Positions 50,370 to 63,378 of a stretch of DNA of 64,000 nt are shown piece after piece. The DNA lies in assembly GCA_010093605.1 (NCBI GenBank), contig MU004198.1:560726-624725 (forward strand), written 5' to 3'. The stretch comes from Lophium mytilinum (taxonomy: Eukaryota). The translations under genes and the position numbers were made by a program. The notes beneath the pieces are model-generated. The model was not told the DNA's origin and made no database searches. It saw only the letters and a program-made list of their open reading frames with translations. The stretch's first letter is position 1, and the number at the start of each line of letters is the position of its first letter.

Positions 50370-51019
50370 ATACCTGGGTGAAATTTTATAATAGTAGATG
50401 CTATAAAGTAGTCTTAGAGAATAGTTTTATTTTAGTAGTATATATAAGGCTGTGCATACTTATGTATTTATATCTAGGGGCTAAATATACTACTAACCTA
50501 GTTATTAGAACCTACTCTAAGGCTCTCCACTAAAGTATAAGGCTAAATAATAAGGCTAGAAATAAGGGCTATCTAACAAGAATATAATGCTTATATACTA
50601 TACTACTGTATTTAGTAAAAAGGCTTTTATAGTTAGTTGATAACTTAAGCAAGCTTATAGAGGCCTTAGCAATACGTATAAGGTAATAGAAAGAGGGTAA
50701 AGTACTAGATTTAAGAAGGTATACAGTAAATATAAAAGCTATATATAGCTACTAATATAGTAGTAGAGGGTAGAATAGTTACAGGAGTAAGAATTACATT
50801 TACTAAAAGGGAGAGAGAGTAGAAGAAGATAACCTTAATAATATTATATTAAAGATAAGGCCGTAGCTATTATACTACCTAGGGCAGACGTCGCAAAAAG
50901 AAGAGATAATAGATAATAAGACGCCGCCCTCCGCAATTAGGAAGGGGCCTAAACATTTATTATATACCGCTTGCATACCTACACTAATCTACCTTACTAT
51001 ACTAATACTCTATCTATTA

Positions 51020-51113
<94 letters not shown>
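51020..51113. repeat. (TCTA)n microsatellite, about 23 units
   Basis: Seen directly. Confidence 0.95.
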
Positions 51114-52349
51114 ATATTAATATATCTATTAATTAACTAACTTATCTAGTTACTTATATATCTATCTAAAAATATTCATCTCCTAACTATTTAACTTATG
51201 CTACTAAAATCTATTTTATAATACTTTACTATATTTTATCCTTACTATCTTACCTTTACTATCTTTTATTACTATACTTTAATTCTATAGTATAAGTAAT
51301 AAATATTGTAAAAAGGCTAAGAACCTCTATTTTTATATAGTAGAGTTCTCTATATAACAGAATTAGTTTAACTAAGTAATATCTTGAGAGTTCTTTTTTT
51401 ATCTGATATATTTCTAATTAAATTTTTATTAATTTCTAGTAATTTCTTTTTGAATTTATTACTTATATATAAAAAGTACAGTATTTTTATCTCTACTTTT
51501 AATTAATTATTTCTAAGTACTAAAAGTACTCTAGTTATACTCTTCTGTTGGTAAATTAATATAATAGACAATTTAAATTTTAAAGCTGTAGTATAAAATT
51601 CGCCTATTTAAAAGTATTAATATAAATATTTATACTATTAAAGTAATTATAAATAATACTCTAAGTTTATCTAGATAGATTAGAAGTATATATATATATA
51701 ACTTCTTAATAACCTAATATTAGTATACTTATATAAGTTTATATTCTACACTAAATTAACTTAATTTAGAAGCCTATATACTAGGTAATAAATAGATAAA
51801 GTATAGTATAACTTTAAAGAAGGTTTTTAAATAGTATCTAAGTAATATAATATAGACTAGCACCTTAAAGTTATAATTTAGAAATAACTTATTAAAGATT
51901 AGAATTAGTATATATTATAGCTATTTTAAAATACTTAATATTAATATATAGATTTATAATTAAATTAAAATAAATTAGCTCTATTATAATAGATACTTAA
52001 ATATCTCTAAAAAAGTATTTACTATATTAATTACTTATTATCTATATGCAATATCTCTATTTATTTTCATGGGCTGCACAATCTTAAGGCTAAAAGATTC
52101 CAACAGCTTAACCAGTTGAATTAGCCTCGAGCTACGTCTCCTCGAGCAACTTGACAACTTCTACCTTTCCCATCACCGCGGCCGCTTGTGTGACCCGCTC
52201 GCTTGTGGATTACGTTATCGCGTAGGTAACATAATGTTCTGCCTAAGGCACTTTGCACTTATGCGCCTAATAGAATTTGACCATATTTCCCTTGCATCAA
52301 TAGCAGTCACCTTCACGAGACACTCAGTCACCCGCTTTGTCCTTCCAGA

Positions 52350-54522
52350 ATGAAACACCTGTTCGCAAAGCTGTTCAGGCGTGTCGAAGAGTCGTCATTG
52401 AGCGGCCCAAGCGAATTTAATGTTGAGCCAATTGCAGGAGACGCCCAGCAGACACTCATGTCTGTCAACACTGTTGCAGAGGTTTCCTGCGCATTATGCC
52501 GCCAGTACGGGTGGCTACGCTATATCACTCTGCCAAGAATCGATAAATCGACTGATAACAGAACAAAATATGACGTGCTTGCTGCATCGGCAGAGCAAGG
52601 TTGTGACGCTTGCCGTCTTCTACACACAGTCCTCCAGCCGTACACACTAGAGTCTGTCGGACCAGCCGGCATTGAGTTCAATCCAAGCGGATGGCATCAT
52701 AGTGCTTTCAGAGTCTTGCAATGGAGACCGGAATATGATTATCGCAACGATAGGCAGATGTCGTGGGGTCATCCTACAAGTGTATATATCTTTACGACTG
52801 AGGGTAAGCTCTTCCAGTATGAGACATGCATGGACGAGCATTAATTTAATAGGCTCTCCTTGTCCATGGACCGGGATTACCATTGACGTGCCGGAGTACG
52901 GTATAGCTAGCATGGAGCTGGCTGTGTCACGCATCTCAAAGTGGCTCGGGGACTGTAAGAAGGCTCACGAAGCAGTCTGTCAAGACACAAGACGTTTAAA
53001 TCTCCTGCAACGTCCAACACGACTCATCAAGATAAGAGGGCCAAGATGCGTATGTCTCGATATTGGAGAACGTGACGACGACACAAAGGGCGTTACGTAT
53101 GCTTGTCTAAGTCATTGCTGGGGTGGCGTAAAACCTATCGAAACCACAACACATACCTTGGATAAGTTCCGACTACAGATACCTTGGGACTGGCTTCCAC
53201 GAACCTTTCAGGACGCAATTGAGCTTGCATGTCGACTTGGTTTCGAGTATCTATGGATCGACAGCCTTTGCATCATTCAAGATGACGAGGAAGATTGGAT
53301 GCGAGAGAGTAGCAATATGGCTGCAATATATGCTAGCTCTGACCTAACCATAGCAGCGTCTCGAGCTCGAAACGGGCATGAAGGCTTGTTCGGCGTGCCC
53401 CCTCCTAGTAAAAAGGTGCAAGCCTACACCTTTGCCAACGGGCCAAAGCCATTTACTGTCTATGTCAGACCGACATATCATCATGCAGAATTTGAGTCAG
53501 CGGAACTGCCGCTGCTTCGAAGGGCTTGGGCTTTCCAAGAGCGACTCCTCTCGAGACGCGTGGTTCATTTCGGCGAGGAAGAACTTTATTGGGAATGTAT
53601 GGCTGGATCTAGATGCGAATGCATGCGCGATAGTATACGATCTCTGAACAAACGAGTGCTCATCGACGGAGCACATGATCACACGTGGGAAGAATTTCAG
53701 AGGGACGATATCCATTTAGAACAATTCCGACACGAAAGATGGCATAACATCGTCACGACGTACTCTTCTAGGCAACTTTCTTTGGCGAAAGACATCTTTC
53801 CTGCCATCCAAGGTATTGCGCGGCTCTTCCATTCAGAGTCAGGAGTTAATTACCATGCCGGATTGTGGGAAGACAACTTGTTACGTGATCTGCTCTGGTT
53901 CAACAGTGCAGGCACTACAAAGAAGTCACCGTATCGAGCTCCTAGCTGGTCATGGGCATCTAATTACTACCCTGATGAGGCGAAAAGCAGCTACTTGGAT
54001 CTACCGTCGCAGGAGATTCGATGGTCTAAGATGGAGAATGCTGTAGAGAAAGCTGTCGTCATTGACGTGTATACAACGCCGAAAGGCGATGATCCTTTTG
54101 GTGAAATCGTCTCCGGAGTTCTCAAGATTCGAGGTCGATGCCTGCGTGCAGTCGAAGAATGGATACTCAACGATGTAACGGACTATAACATCGATGAGAA
54201 GAAGCAGTACGAATTCGAGCGATCACTATCAATAAAGCGCAATGACAAAGAAAGGAGCGAGATTTGCCACATCACGCAGCCGTATCATTGGCATTACGAC
54301 TGTGATGGCGATTATCCATTCTACACCGAAGTTCGCCTCATGGAAATTGTGGCTGATAGCGCGATGGACTGGAAAAATGGTACCACTTCGATTGCATTCT
54401 CTCGGGATCCTTCTGGAAGACCTGACATTTTCGAGAGAATCGGACTTGCACATCTACCGAACTCGATGTTGAAGAATGCTTTCGAGGAGGTGGGCGAGGA
54501 ACTAACATTGACAGTCATCTGA
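52350..54522 (+). CDS. HET-domain (heterokaryon incompatibility, PF06985-type) protein, 2 exons
   Basis: WLGDCKKAH, PTRLI, YACLSHCWG, LPRTFQDAIELACRLGFEYLWIDSLCIIQDD, MAAIYASSDLTIAA, LLRRAWAFQERLLSRR and APSWSWAS. Intron about 52804-52852. The N-terminus has CALC...GCDAC, typical of the family. Confidence 0.95.
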
Positions 54523-54674
54523 AGTTGGCTACGTTACGGTTCTCGACAATGTCATCACCTTGTGGTAGTAGGTGGCCGCATGCGGTCAGAAATGACTATT
54601 ATCTCTCTAATCAGCATCAATGCGCGTCATGGCAGCACATCTCTTATCAAAGGCTGACACCAAGGGACACAGAA

Positions 54675-55208
54675 TCATTCATATGCAGTCACACCATACA
54701 TACTGACGATCTGGCTGAGCACTTGATCGACTTCTCCGAAACCTTCTGTTCCAAGGATATCTTTTGGCTCAAGCGGGACGGGTTCGCCTTGCTGGAATTG
54801 GGAATGCTGTCCGCCGTCACCCTTCTCAAGTACCATCGACTTTGTCATCACCAGCTGCTGTGTGTCCATGAACCTTCTTCGTTGGCTGGGCCGAAAGGAG
54901 TGCAGAAGATGCTGCTCCGTCACAGGGAACCACTTGTCAGAAAAGCCGCCATCAATAATTGTGCTGATGAGATCCAGTAGGATTGCCGATGTGCTAGATG
55001 CGATTGCATCTTTTGACATTTCCAATTTTCTATTATGTGCCGAAGAATATTCAGAGGATGTAGAGAGATCGTGTTGCGTTGGAGGATTTGCGAAGAAGGC
55101 AGCGGCGGAGGACGACAATTCTTCGAAGTGATCTGGAGAGGTTTGTCGAATCGAGCTGTCCATTTCTACTGGACTGGAAAGCTTTGCTGGCAACACATCT
55201 GCGCTCAC
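54675..55208 (-). pseudogene. Truncated N-terminal relic of a fungal Ser/Thr protein kinase
   Basis: GFSDKWFPV...FMDTQQLVMTKSMVLEKGDGGQHSQF...LEPKDILGTEGFGEVDQVLS resembles, from recall, the pre-kinase region and Gly-rich loop (GxGxFGxV, here G>E) of a fungal kinase family. The ORF stops right after subdomain I and has no good start. Confidence 0.55.
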
Positions 55209-55445
55209 AACGATTCTGGTTTGGCTGGTGAAGTCATCGCTTTGGCGAGAGGTGGCGGAGGCGCGTCAAGCTGGAAGGAAGGATGAGTGTTGGGATAGTC
55301 AAGTCTGGAGTGGCAAATAGCAACAACAAATTCAGGATAACATCGCTAGAGTTGTTAGACGATTATTGGGGTTAAAAGATGTTGTGCTACAAAAAGGGCG
55401 GGAACTCAGTCTGCTTGCCGCACATCTGGTGCCATGGCTGGCAGC

Positions 55446-55795
55446 CACGTGATAGATTACATTCTTAGTACCCTTACTATGGCTACTCCTCTATCAGAAG
55501 AGCCTATAAGAATAAAATCTAACTTGGATAAGATTTTAATAGCCTCAATAAAGTCTATTGGAAGTATTAATTAGATACAGTTATATAGGCTTTATTATTT
55601 TATTCTAGTTGTTAAAAGTACTTCTAGCCATACTCAAGTACTAACCTCCAATAATAAACCTCTAGCTTACGCTAACTAATAACTTAAAATCCATTTCTAA
55701 CCTAGAAACCGTAGGGTAATTTCAGGCGCAACCTCTCCGCCTTCTACACCCTTTTCATACTACTAAGACCTGCCTAAACAAGTAGCTAGTCACGT
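55446..55795. mobile_element. Second short AT-rich RIP-like relic
   Basis: TpA-rich tract without ORFs; CACGTG occurs at both approximate ends. Confidence 0.5.
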
Positions 55796-55946
55796 GCTAA
55801 GTCCCTCCCTTTTAGGTACAGTGCACGATCTATACACTAGTCCGTAAACATCTAGCGCGCTCTCCGGTCTGTCGTTGTATGTTCTTGGAGCCTCACCGGT
55901 CGCGCTCAACGCCATAGCGGCCGGACCGGCAAGGGCGCTACCATCA

Positions 55947-57060
55947 TGAACTCTACCGGTCCGTCTTTCACTCTTCGCCTCGCTCTTGCCGCGAGACATC
56001 TAGTGGATGAATCCTTCACAGAGACTCTGGAATCTGCAAAATGCACCTCTTAGGTCCCTTGCGGTTTGTTGAGAACGACTCTGCCCAAGCATGGAGATTC
56101 AGCCTCACAAATACCGGGTACAACTTGGCCGCACCGACGCGATGCTCGCCGGTCCTAGTCTCAGTGGCTTCATAGGTGCAAGTTTCGTAGACCTCTCGTT
56201 TTGAAGCGCAAATCTCTACAGCTTGAAGCCTGAAACACCGGTGGTCGAGTGCTGGTCAGATTCTAGTAATGGTATATAATGCAATGATAGTCTTCTCTGC
56301 CAGAAAAAGTTCACCAGAAGCAACATTGAAGCTCTTCAGTCACAGTATATTTCTTGCTATACCCAGCATAAAATCTCCTAGACGAAGTCTTCTTTGACAA
56401 CCCCCTTCAGCGCTCTGTCGAAACCTAGCTGATTTTCACGCGGAATCAAAGCGTACAACGTCCGTACGGGAAAGGAGAGAACGATGGAGACTACACCGGA
56501 CCAGACTGCAGACGACAATGCTTATCGTTCCATAATGAAGTATAATGAGTTTACAGGCAAGCATCTCAGCACTTTTAGCCTTCCCAAACTTCTTACTAAC
56601 TTAAGGAAGCTGATGATATTGGCTACTATACAAACTGCTCTAGCTTCTCTAGCTCTGTCGCTACTTGTGCTTCTGATGCATCCGAAACGCCAAAAACCCA
56701 TATGCAGAAGAAGGCTGAACATTCGCTGGAGAGATTGTGGGGGCCTTTTTCGCTATCTGCCTGCTCATGCTGTTGCATGCAGTAGCAGATCTGCGTTCCG
56801 TATCGGACTTTGCTCTTCCATCTCTTGTAATCTTTGTTGGCCCTTATATTCTTATCCCTTCCCCGTTCTTTTCAGCCCCGTCTTGTCCAGTGGTCTAGGA
56901 TTGAAAGTCGTGACAGCTTGGTGTTTGAAGTACATGGCTAGTTGTTCGGTTGCCTCACCCTCAGCATGGTCTTGATTGGTTCTATAGAGTACAGCACATG
57001 ATCTTCTCTTGTAAACCATACCCAACATCCATCTACCGCCTCTTCTTTCCATGATGTATT
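55947..57060 (+). pseudogene. Possible decayed gene of unknown function
   Basis: Coding-like frame from ATG (MNSTGPSFTLRLALAARHLVDESF...) broken by TAG/TGA stops of the C>T type, an intron-like CTAAC..AAG near 56597-56604 and hydrophobic stretches. No recognisable family. Confidence 0.25.
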
Positions 57061-57733
57061 GTAGTCATCGATATAAGTCGTTTCAACATTCCAGGCTCTG
57101 CTAAATGCTACGAGACATCTCTCTCTTTTCAGGTCGTGTTATGTATGTTGTGAGCGCATCTAACCGCCAAACTTGGGATCTCCGATGACGACACATTCGT
57201 CTGTTGAATCTCTTGCCTCGAAGAATGAGGATCGCGGCTCTATGATTACTAAAGAAAGCCTCTCCAACCGATATTAAATTTTGAAATAGCTTGCATAGGC
57301 GTGAAGGTACCCGAAGGGCGGTGGACTAAGCATGAGTCTGCAACGTTGTGTGCTGTTCAACACCTTCTTAACTTGGCTCAGGACCAAGTTTTACAACGCG
57401 CAGCTTCGCAATATCCAGTTGGGTCTCATGTGAGTACGCGCCGTCAGCAAAATATTCGGTTGATTGATTTCCGAGGATTCCTAGTATAATAAAGAATGAG
57501 GGTTTCTTTTGCCGACCTTTTGAGCCTTTGAACTGACTGAAGTTACGAAAGCCCCGTCGCCCGTTAATACAGCTTGAAAATGGGAGGGAACACAAGCTCA
57601 GTTGCTCTATGTAGACCTGAGGTATGCAGAGCAAGCCCTAAATGTCGATGATTTATGACAACATGGTTTCTATTTATATCAAATGTGAGAAGCGACAGAG
57701 TCAACTCCATAATAAAACCTCCCAAGCGTCATC

Positions 57734-60314
57734 TCATTGCGTCAACTCTCGTATCATGACTTGCTTGGGATCCCAAGTGTCTGAGAAAAGTTGGTGACCC
57801 CAATATAGCAGGCTCTCATACCGATGCTCTTCTTTGAGAAGGGCGTACGTGGCCTCTGTGCTTTCGTTAGCTATCGCGTTCTAAATCCTGTGATCATCGA
57901 GGTCTCGCTTACTCTTCTGGCTGAGATGTTGCCCTAGCGCTTGTAAGTATCTTGTCTCTTCGGCATTCACCTCCGTCAGTGAGCTGAAGTCGCAAGACGA
58001 CCAGTCCAGTGTGAAAGGCTTTTGCCCGTGAAGAGCATCCCGGAAGTGAGCTATCAGAGATTGAGCACTATGGAAGTAGCCTTCTACGAGTCGATAGTCT
58101 TCAAATCTGTTGCCTCGACCAGGTGTCTATTCTAAGTATGAGCTTCCGTGCGACGAGATCATGCTTCTTCGGAGACTTACATAGTGACCATAATCCTGAG
58201 CAAATTCGTGGTCGTGGGCGACGGCGATTTCTACACTGTTCAACAAGATGAATATTGTAGCGTAGACCTCAAACCAATCTCTCCGACTCTTCTTAGAAAT
58301 CCTTTCCTGAAGCATCTTCAGGACACGCTGGCGGAGGGGAATAGTGATGCTTTGAATCACAACCTGGTCAAGTTGAGTGTCCATGATTGGCGTCACTGGA
58401 ATACGTCCACAAAGATGGCTTCTTGGATCGTCAACGGTGCTCATGCCTAACGTTTCCTCACCGCAAATACGCCAAGGTCTCTCCGTCAAGCGTGATGCTG
58501 TCCACAGCCTTAGCGTATTTTGAAGTAGAGCACTCTATACGATCATGGTTAGAGTTGGTTGAAAAAACTGCACCCTTCCTACAGTTACTTACATCTTGCC
58601 AGCGCGCTCTTTTGATTGCGAGCTGGAAAGTCTCCCAGATCAAGAAGTCCGAGTCATCCAGATAACACTCGAGATATCCCTGCAACGCTTTGTCCACGTA
58701 CTGAGCGAGAGCATTCTGTGTGTCTTTGAGCTGTGCTAAGGCGTAACAAGGCATCTCCAGTTTGAGTATCGAGCCATCTTCTAGATGATGTTCATATGCT
58801 GTCGTGTCTCCGTCAACAGGAGTGAACTCCTTAACATAGACACATATTGTATGACCGAGATCATGCGTCAGCTCTAACATTTTCAGTGGCGACGGTGCTA
58901 TCGCGGACAGATCTGACAGCTTGTATACCTCTGGTCGAACGGTCCACGTGTCCTTCTCACTCGTCACTGGTAGTTGAATTAAGTAAGTTTAGTAACCCCA
59001 TTAAAGCAAACAGACACTTACTAGTACGGAAGAGAATTGCATCAGTGACACGGCTGCGTATGCAAGGTATTCGCAACGATAGTGGATTTACGGCGAGGCA
59101 ATCGAGACATGGTTCCTCGGGATTTGCACCCGCGCGACACTAGAAAATCAGCTACGAATGCAAGGTATGAAATGGATGGGTAGCATACCCTCTTTTTAAC
59201 ACGTTGGCAACGGATGCATGCGGCGATTTCGCGAGTTTCTGCAGTGGTAACTCGTTCGACCGGGGCAAGCGCGCGTCTCTTGGGACGAGTCTTGATAATA
59301 GCCCCTGAGGTCGATAGAGCTGAAGAATGAGCCGCTGGAGCGGTATTGATTCGGCTTGACTGCCTGGGCTCTGCAGTCCTCTGATCTCTTCGTGGTTGTT
59401 TGGTGACCTCCTGAAGAAGTAGGTCAATCGTCTTCTGTTGCTGTTTTACAATAGCTACGAGTCTTTGCACTGTCGGAGATGTATCCCTAGAATCCAAAGT
59501 CCGCGAGCCGTTGAGCGGTTCCGGTGTGGTGGGCAAGGTTCCCTCCACTTCCTCGGGTGCGTCCTCGTTGGTCACGGCTGTGCGATCAGCTGCTGGTTGG
59601 GCAACTTGGGTTGATGATCCTGCTATACTGAAAGCGTCATGGACGCCTGCTCGATACAGCAGGGATGAGTTGGAGGTTGGAACTCCGGCTTGGTTCGGTT
59701 CTAGGGGAGGGATATCAAGCAGCGTCTGGTCGTCTCCTTGCGGATTGTTGGCCATGTAGAAGGACTCCACAGCCGATGCGAATGGGTAGAAAGAATCTAC
59801 AGCTGAAGAAGGTGGATTGGTTGCAGGGAACAAGCCATATCCCGTTTGACCAGTGTAGGTCGCTGCAGAAGGGACGAGACTGGTTTGAGAATCTCCCTGG
59901 CCATGGTCAAGATAAGCTCCCTCAGAATGCAAGTGATCCGCGATGAGCCCCCAAGAGATGGTCTCATCTTGCCCACTACTGTCGGGCCAGTGGGGCAAAG
60001 CAAAGGTCGAATAGTCTGCAAGTTGGCCACTCAGACCAAAATTGACATCGTCGTCCCACCAGATCGGCTGGGACAAGGGCGGACCGCTTTGGAGTGCTTG
60101 GAAATCATGCCCAGGAGCAACACTACTCTGGTCGTGGCGCAGCTGCGTGTTATGCGATGTACTGGTCTGCGATAGATCTATGTGTTGCGGTGCAGGGGGA
60201 GCAGGGGGCTCTTGCGAGTCGTGCTAGGGAAAGTTAGGTATGGGTGGCCTTGGCGCTAGGCCGGGAGGGGAGTGCCATGACTTCTGGCCGCCGACTTACC
60301 CTACGGAGTGCCAT
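57734..60314 (-). CDS. Zn(II)2Cys6 transcription factor (central binuclear cluster), multi-exon
   Basis: After splicing: ACIRCQRVKKR|CRAGANPEEPCLDCLAVNPLSLRIPC (six Cys). C-terminal IPVTPIMDTQLD...WFEVYATIFILLN and ...YWGHQLFSDTW. Micro first exon MALRR (ATG 60314) and intron GTAAGT..CTAAC..TAG. Confidence 0.85.
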
Positions 60315-60630
60315 CGGACGTTGTAGAACAAAGTGGAGCTGTCGCACAGATGAAGCAACGGTAGATGCTAGATATCTGTTCCCAGGTAATGCAGTTCGCA
60401 GGCCACATCGGCGAGGCTCCCAGCCATGCAGGCCGCCGAAACGAGGAAAGCGTCCTCACCGGTCGCGACTCCAGCGACCGGCCAGCGTGTTCCCGTCCAC
60501 ATAACAGTGCCGGTCCGCAGAGCATGGAGCCCAACACATATCTTCAAAAGCACGTCGGGCAAGGCAGAAACTCGTCCGCCTCATCTTCCACTACTCCGTT
60601 TTCGTTGCTTCCGTTGCCCTTTGCCTCGCT

Positions 60631-62934
60631 ATGACGAGGATGACCACCACTGTGCCTTGGCAAGACCAGGCCCAGAAGAAAAGAGCTGATACATGGTCCA
60701 AGATTCCGCGGGAATGGCTTCTGGATGACCAAGTAATGAGTGAGGCAAAGTCACGGCGCAAGTTGACGGGCAAGTTCATTGAAAATTTGCTGGCTGCCAA
60801 TGAGCAGAAGATCACAGCCCTAGACAGTCTCCAGCTCGTTTCATGCATGCTCAACAAGACCTTCTCGGCCGAGGAAGTAGCAACAGCATTTTGCAAGAGG
60901 GCAGCCGTAGCTCACCAGTTGGTCAGCGCTGTCAAGCTTCATTGCGTCGCCTGCATCACTGACCATTCAGAACAATTGTCTGCACGAAATCTTCTTTGAC
61001 CAGGCTCTCCAACGTGCTCGAGAGCTTGACCAGCACTATGCCAAAACGGGATCGGTCCTCGGCCCGCTTCATGGTCTTCCAGTCTCCCTCAAGGATCAAT
61101 TTCACGTCAAGGGCGTTGAAACGACTATGGGTTATGTTGGATGGATCGGCACTTATGAGGGGAAACGGGGGACTGGAAAAGAACTCAATTCTAACAGCCA
61201 ATTGGTAGACGAACTTCTAAGCCTAGGGGCAGTTCTTTATTGCAAGGTATGTGACCTGTCTAAGTACCCCACGCAAGATCTAACGGTTCGTAGACAAGCC
61301 TGCCGCAAACACTATTGGTAAGCATGAAGACGTTCAGATAAAAGTCGAACTCGGTGTGACAAAGTAACAGCTCGGAGAAACCCACAACAACGTCAATGGC
61401 TATACAATGAATCCAGTCAATCAGTTGGTGTCCTGCGGAGGGTCCTCAGGAGGTTCTTGTTTCCCTTTCTTCGTTGCCTCTTCCATGCCGTCGAAGTCAT
61501 CCAATAAGAGCTAAAATACGTTCTAGGCGAGGCAGCTTTACAAGCCCTACGCGGAAGTACGCTAGGTGTTGGGACCGATATCGGTGAGATACGACTTCTG
61601 CACAGCTATTCCGACAAGCTGCTCACCCGTTAAGGCGGTTCCGTTAGGATACCTGCTGCTTTTTGCGGCACCTATTCCATCAAGCCAACGACCACACGAC
61701 TTTCCTACAAGGATGTCGCGAACAGCGTGAGCATCTTCTAGTTAGGTCACTGTTCTGTGGTGGATCTAACCAGAAAACGAAGAATCCTGGTCAGACTAAT
61801 ATTCCATCGTCCATTGGCCTCATGGGTATCACTCTGCCGTCGCTCCGACTTTTGATGACCGCGATTCTCTCCACTCAACCATGGCTCCGAGACCCGGACG
61901 TTGTGCCTCTGCCCTGGAGAGGCGATCACGAATATGTCAAGGCGTCACGTCCGTTGTGCTTTGGGATTATGGCCACTGACGGTGTAGTCATGCCTCATCC
62001 GCCAATTCTTAGAGGGATGCGGCTTGTCAAAGAAGCCATTGAAAAGGCCGGTCATAAAGTATGTAACTCCATGACGCCTCTACAGCATCTACTGACAGAC
62101 TGCGGAGACAATACCTTGGGAGCCTCCATCTCATGCAGAAGCTACTAATATTCATGTCAGTTCAGTACTCTCGGGACCCCGCAACTTCACTATCCAAACT
62201 TGTTGACTTTTACGCAGAGCGACTTCATGAGCTGTGATGGAGGCGCAAACATATTTGCCCAATTGAGGCTCTCAAAAGAGCCAGTGGTAGAGGAAAAGAA
62301 GCACGACCTGGGCAATGGCCCCGTACCGCCTTTACCACTTCTTGACTTCCAAAGGAGCTGTCTTCGCCGCAAGGCATACCGCGCCTCCTACGCAGCTTAC
62401 TGGAACTCGACCCAAGAAAAAACTAGCACCGGTAAATAGCGCCAATTATGATTCCTTTAGAATAGTATTCTAATTTTCAACTAGGACACCCAGTAGATGC
62501 GGTAATCATGCCCGTAGCACCAACCGCTGCTGTCTTGCCCGGTCGATATCGGCACTTTGGTACTGTAATCCTTCACCTTGTGTAACATCCTTGCTAACGG
62601 ACATGGAGGTTACACGGTCATCAACAATTTGCTAGATTCTTCATGCGTTTGTATTCCTGTCACGCACGCCGACAAGAATGTTGACATCTTCGACCATGAC
62701 TATAAGCCGAAGAATGAGACCGACAGGTTGAATTGGGAAGGATGTAGGTCTTCCCCTCTACTGTAGGCAATACTTCGGTAGCCCAGCTCACTGGCTTGAA
62801 CAGATGATGTCGATAAATACGACGGAGCCCCTGTTGGTGTCCAAGTTGTAGGACGAGTCTTGCAGGAAGAATGGACTCTTTCAGTAGCAGAGACCGTTGT
62901 TGATGCGCTTTCAGAGGTCCATCAAGGTCCATGA
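60631..62934 (+). CDS. Amidase-signature family amidase (acetamidase/amdS-like), many introns
   Basis: AFCKRAAVAHQL, GPLHGLPVSLKD (catalytic Lys), CGGSSG|GE, GTDIG|GSVRIPAAFCG (Ser-cisSer-Lys triad motifs) and GAPVGVQVVGR. Confidence 0.93.
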
Positions 62935-63378
62935 AAAGGCCATGTAGCTGGATTTCATATCCGATGGTGCTTTACGCCATCGACCTATCAGTCGCTCGAG
63001 CTAACAACATCCAACGATTCAGAATAAATGAGTAGCTAGTATTGCGTTGGCCACTCTCTAGCATCAACAAATTGAATCCTTACTTTATAGCATAGGGAAC
63101 TGCAGTATCTGAGTTCTGGACTATGGTTTCACGCGAGTATGTCCTTTCTTAGTAGAAAATCATGTTATATTTCATCCGTCACAATTTACGCTATGAGACA
63201 ACTGGAGTGCTTTGCAAGGAGCACGTTTCAGTCTGGGAGTCAGTCGAAACGAAGGCGAGACATCTCTACCAGCGAGTTGATCAGGAACAAGGCATATGTA
63301 AAGAATAGCGACGAAAGGAAATTCGTGAGCTGGTTCGAAAGTGTTCGCACGGCTAACAGTGACATAGCAATTCCAGAA

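Larger units (their letters stand above)
50060..52065. mobile_element. AT-rich, RIP-like degenerate transposon relic
   Basis: Abrupt fall in GC with very abundant TpA/TAG/CTA, scarce CpA/TpG and no ORFs, which is the pattern left by repeat-induced point mutation. The element family cannot be identified by eye. Confidence 0.8.

Noticed and set aside
50060..57600. Starship-type giant transposon
   Set aside because: No tyrosine-recombinase captain gene or recognisable boundary repeats, and the island is small.
60400..60485. Hammerhead ribozyme suggested by GCCGAAAC between stems
   Set aside because: The required CUGANGA core is absent.
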